Assembly (NCBI GenBank): GCA_965248535.1
Contig: CBDFJR010000005.1
Coordinates: 1,088,001 to 1,152,000 of the forward strand
DNA: 64,000 nt
Origin: Phormidesmis sp.
GTDB lineage: Bacteria > Cyanobacteriota > Cyanobacteriia > Leptolyngbyales > Leptolyngbyaceae
Direction: 5' to 3'
The first letter of the stretch is position 1; each line of letters opens with the position of its first letter. Below the pieces are notes generated by a model, which searched no databases, had not been told where the DNA came from, and saw nothing but the letters and a program-made list of their open reading frames with translations. The translations under genes and the position numbers were made by a program. Shown in pieces: positions 63,105 through 64,000 of this stretch.

Positions 63105-64000
63105 TCAGACTTGAGTCAGGGTCTTGGCAGGAACCACGATCTCACTCAAAACATCCCGCGATCGCGCCGGCACTAACATCTCATGGGCGATCGATTGGGC
63201 TAGCAGCCGTCGATAGAGATCGCTCAACTGCGCCGCCACGCCCGACCAGCTAAAGTTTCGCTGCACCCGCTCAGAGGCCCGCAGCCTTAGCTTGGTCGCC
63301 CACAAGTCATCGCCGAGAATGCGATCGATTGCCTTTGCAAATGCCTTAGTGTCTTGAGGAGGAACCAATAATCCGGTTTCTTCAGGGACGATCGAGAATT
63401 TCAAGCCGCCCACCGCAGACGCGACGACGGGAGTGCCACAGGCCATTGACTCGATCGCCACCAACCCAAACGGCTCATAGTGGCTAGGAATCACGCAAAC
63501 ATCGGCTGCCGTGTAGTAGAGTGGGAGCCGATCGTGTCCAACTCGTCCTGCAAAAGTTGTTTGATTGGATAGTCCCAACTCTTGCACAATGCGCTCAATG
63601 CGGATGCGTTCGTCACCGTCTGGTTGGGTCGGGTCGCTGCCCCCCACAATCACTAACCGGATGTGAGCAGGATTGGTTTTGAGTTGAGCACAAGCCCGAA
63701 CCAAAGTTTCGATGCCCTTGCGCGGGTCAAAGCGTCCGACATAGAGCACAATTCTTTCATCGGGCCGGAACTCTAACTGCGATCGCGCTTCTGATTTTGG
63801 AATCACATGAAACGTCTCAATATTCGTCCCGCAGGGAATCACTTCGATGTAGCCTTGCTGAGAAATCAGACTCCGCAGCGCTTCCTGCTCTTGCGGACTG
63901 GTCGCCACCGTGCAGTTTGCATGCTCTAAAATTTGTCGTTCAACGTCTAAGCGAATGTTAGCGATCGCCGGACGGTTTGGCACCGATTGATATTTAATCG
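63105..64000 (-). CDS. GT4 family glycosyltransferase, 5' end outside the window
   Basis: YVGRFDPRKG, PSHYEPFGLVAIESMACGTPVV. Confidence 0.9.
   Translation of the reverse strand, partial: IKYQSVPNRPAIANIRLDVERQILEHANCTVATSPQEQEALRSLISQQGYIEVIPCGTNIETFHVIPKSEARSQLEFRPDERIVLYVGRFDPRKGIETLVRACAQLKTNPAHIRLVIVGGSDPTQPDGDERIRIERIVQELGLSNQTTFAGRVGHDRLPLYYTAADVCVIPSHYEPFGLVAIESMACGTPVVASAVGGLKFSIVPEETGLLVPPQDTKAFAKAIDRILGDDLWATKLRLRASERVQRNFSWSGVAAQLSDLYRRLLAQSIAHEMLVPARSRDVLSEIVVPAKTLTQV

Larger units (their letters stand above)
1..64000. repeat. HIP1 octamer GCGATCGC dispersed throughout
   Basis: Many copies, e.g. 25205, 25329, 25553, 25944, 27116, 27636, 27847; not counted exhaustively. Confidence 0.9.

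Overview
Chromosomal segment of a cyanobacterium. The evidence is ndhN, ldpA, the cyanobacterial ribosomal operon layout, Uma2 nucleases and very frequent HIP1 (GCGATCGC) octamers; a filamentous Leptolyngbya-like lineage is my inference. Bases 1-9.0 kb are the rplC-rplO/secY ribosomal protein operon on the minus strand. The rest is mostly housekeeping genes (ada, ndhN, ldpA, ycf45-like, hisC, secG, gpmI, ABC-F, rlpA, uppS, cdaA, lysA, rimI, clpC, mscL, dnaE, thrC, nei) with accessory loci in between. The best candidate for an undescribed system is a compact three-gene operon at 24.7-28.0 kb: an unknown 267-aa protein followed by two divergent DUF2791 (BrxD/Shango SngB-like) P-loop ATPases, without the usual BREX or Shango partner genes. 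Other notable items: (1) a solo tnpB (IS1341-like) element with readable ends and a predictable guide; (2) an XPB helicase/DUF790 (Bax1-like) pair split by nuiA-nucA-Uma2 and preceded by an SOS-type box; (3) a contiguous, intein-free dnaE; (4) a decaying toxin-antitoxin patch after dnaE; (5) a ThrC-like enzyme flanked by two ubiquitin-like sulfur carriers; (6) two sub-60-aa ORFs missing from the ORF track; (7) several frameshifts that could be real or assembly errors. I recognised no rRNA, tRNA or CRISPR array. All family assignments come from motif recognition by eye, not database searches.
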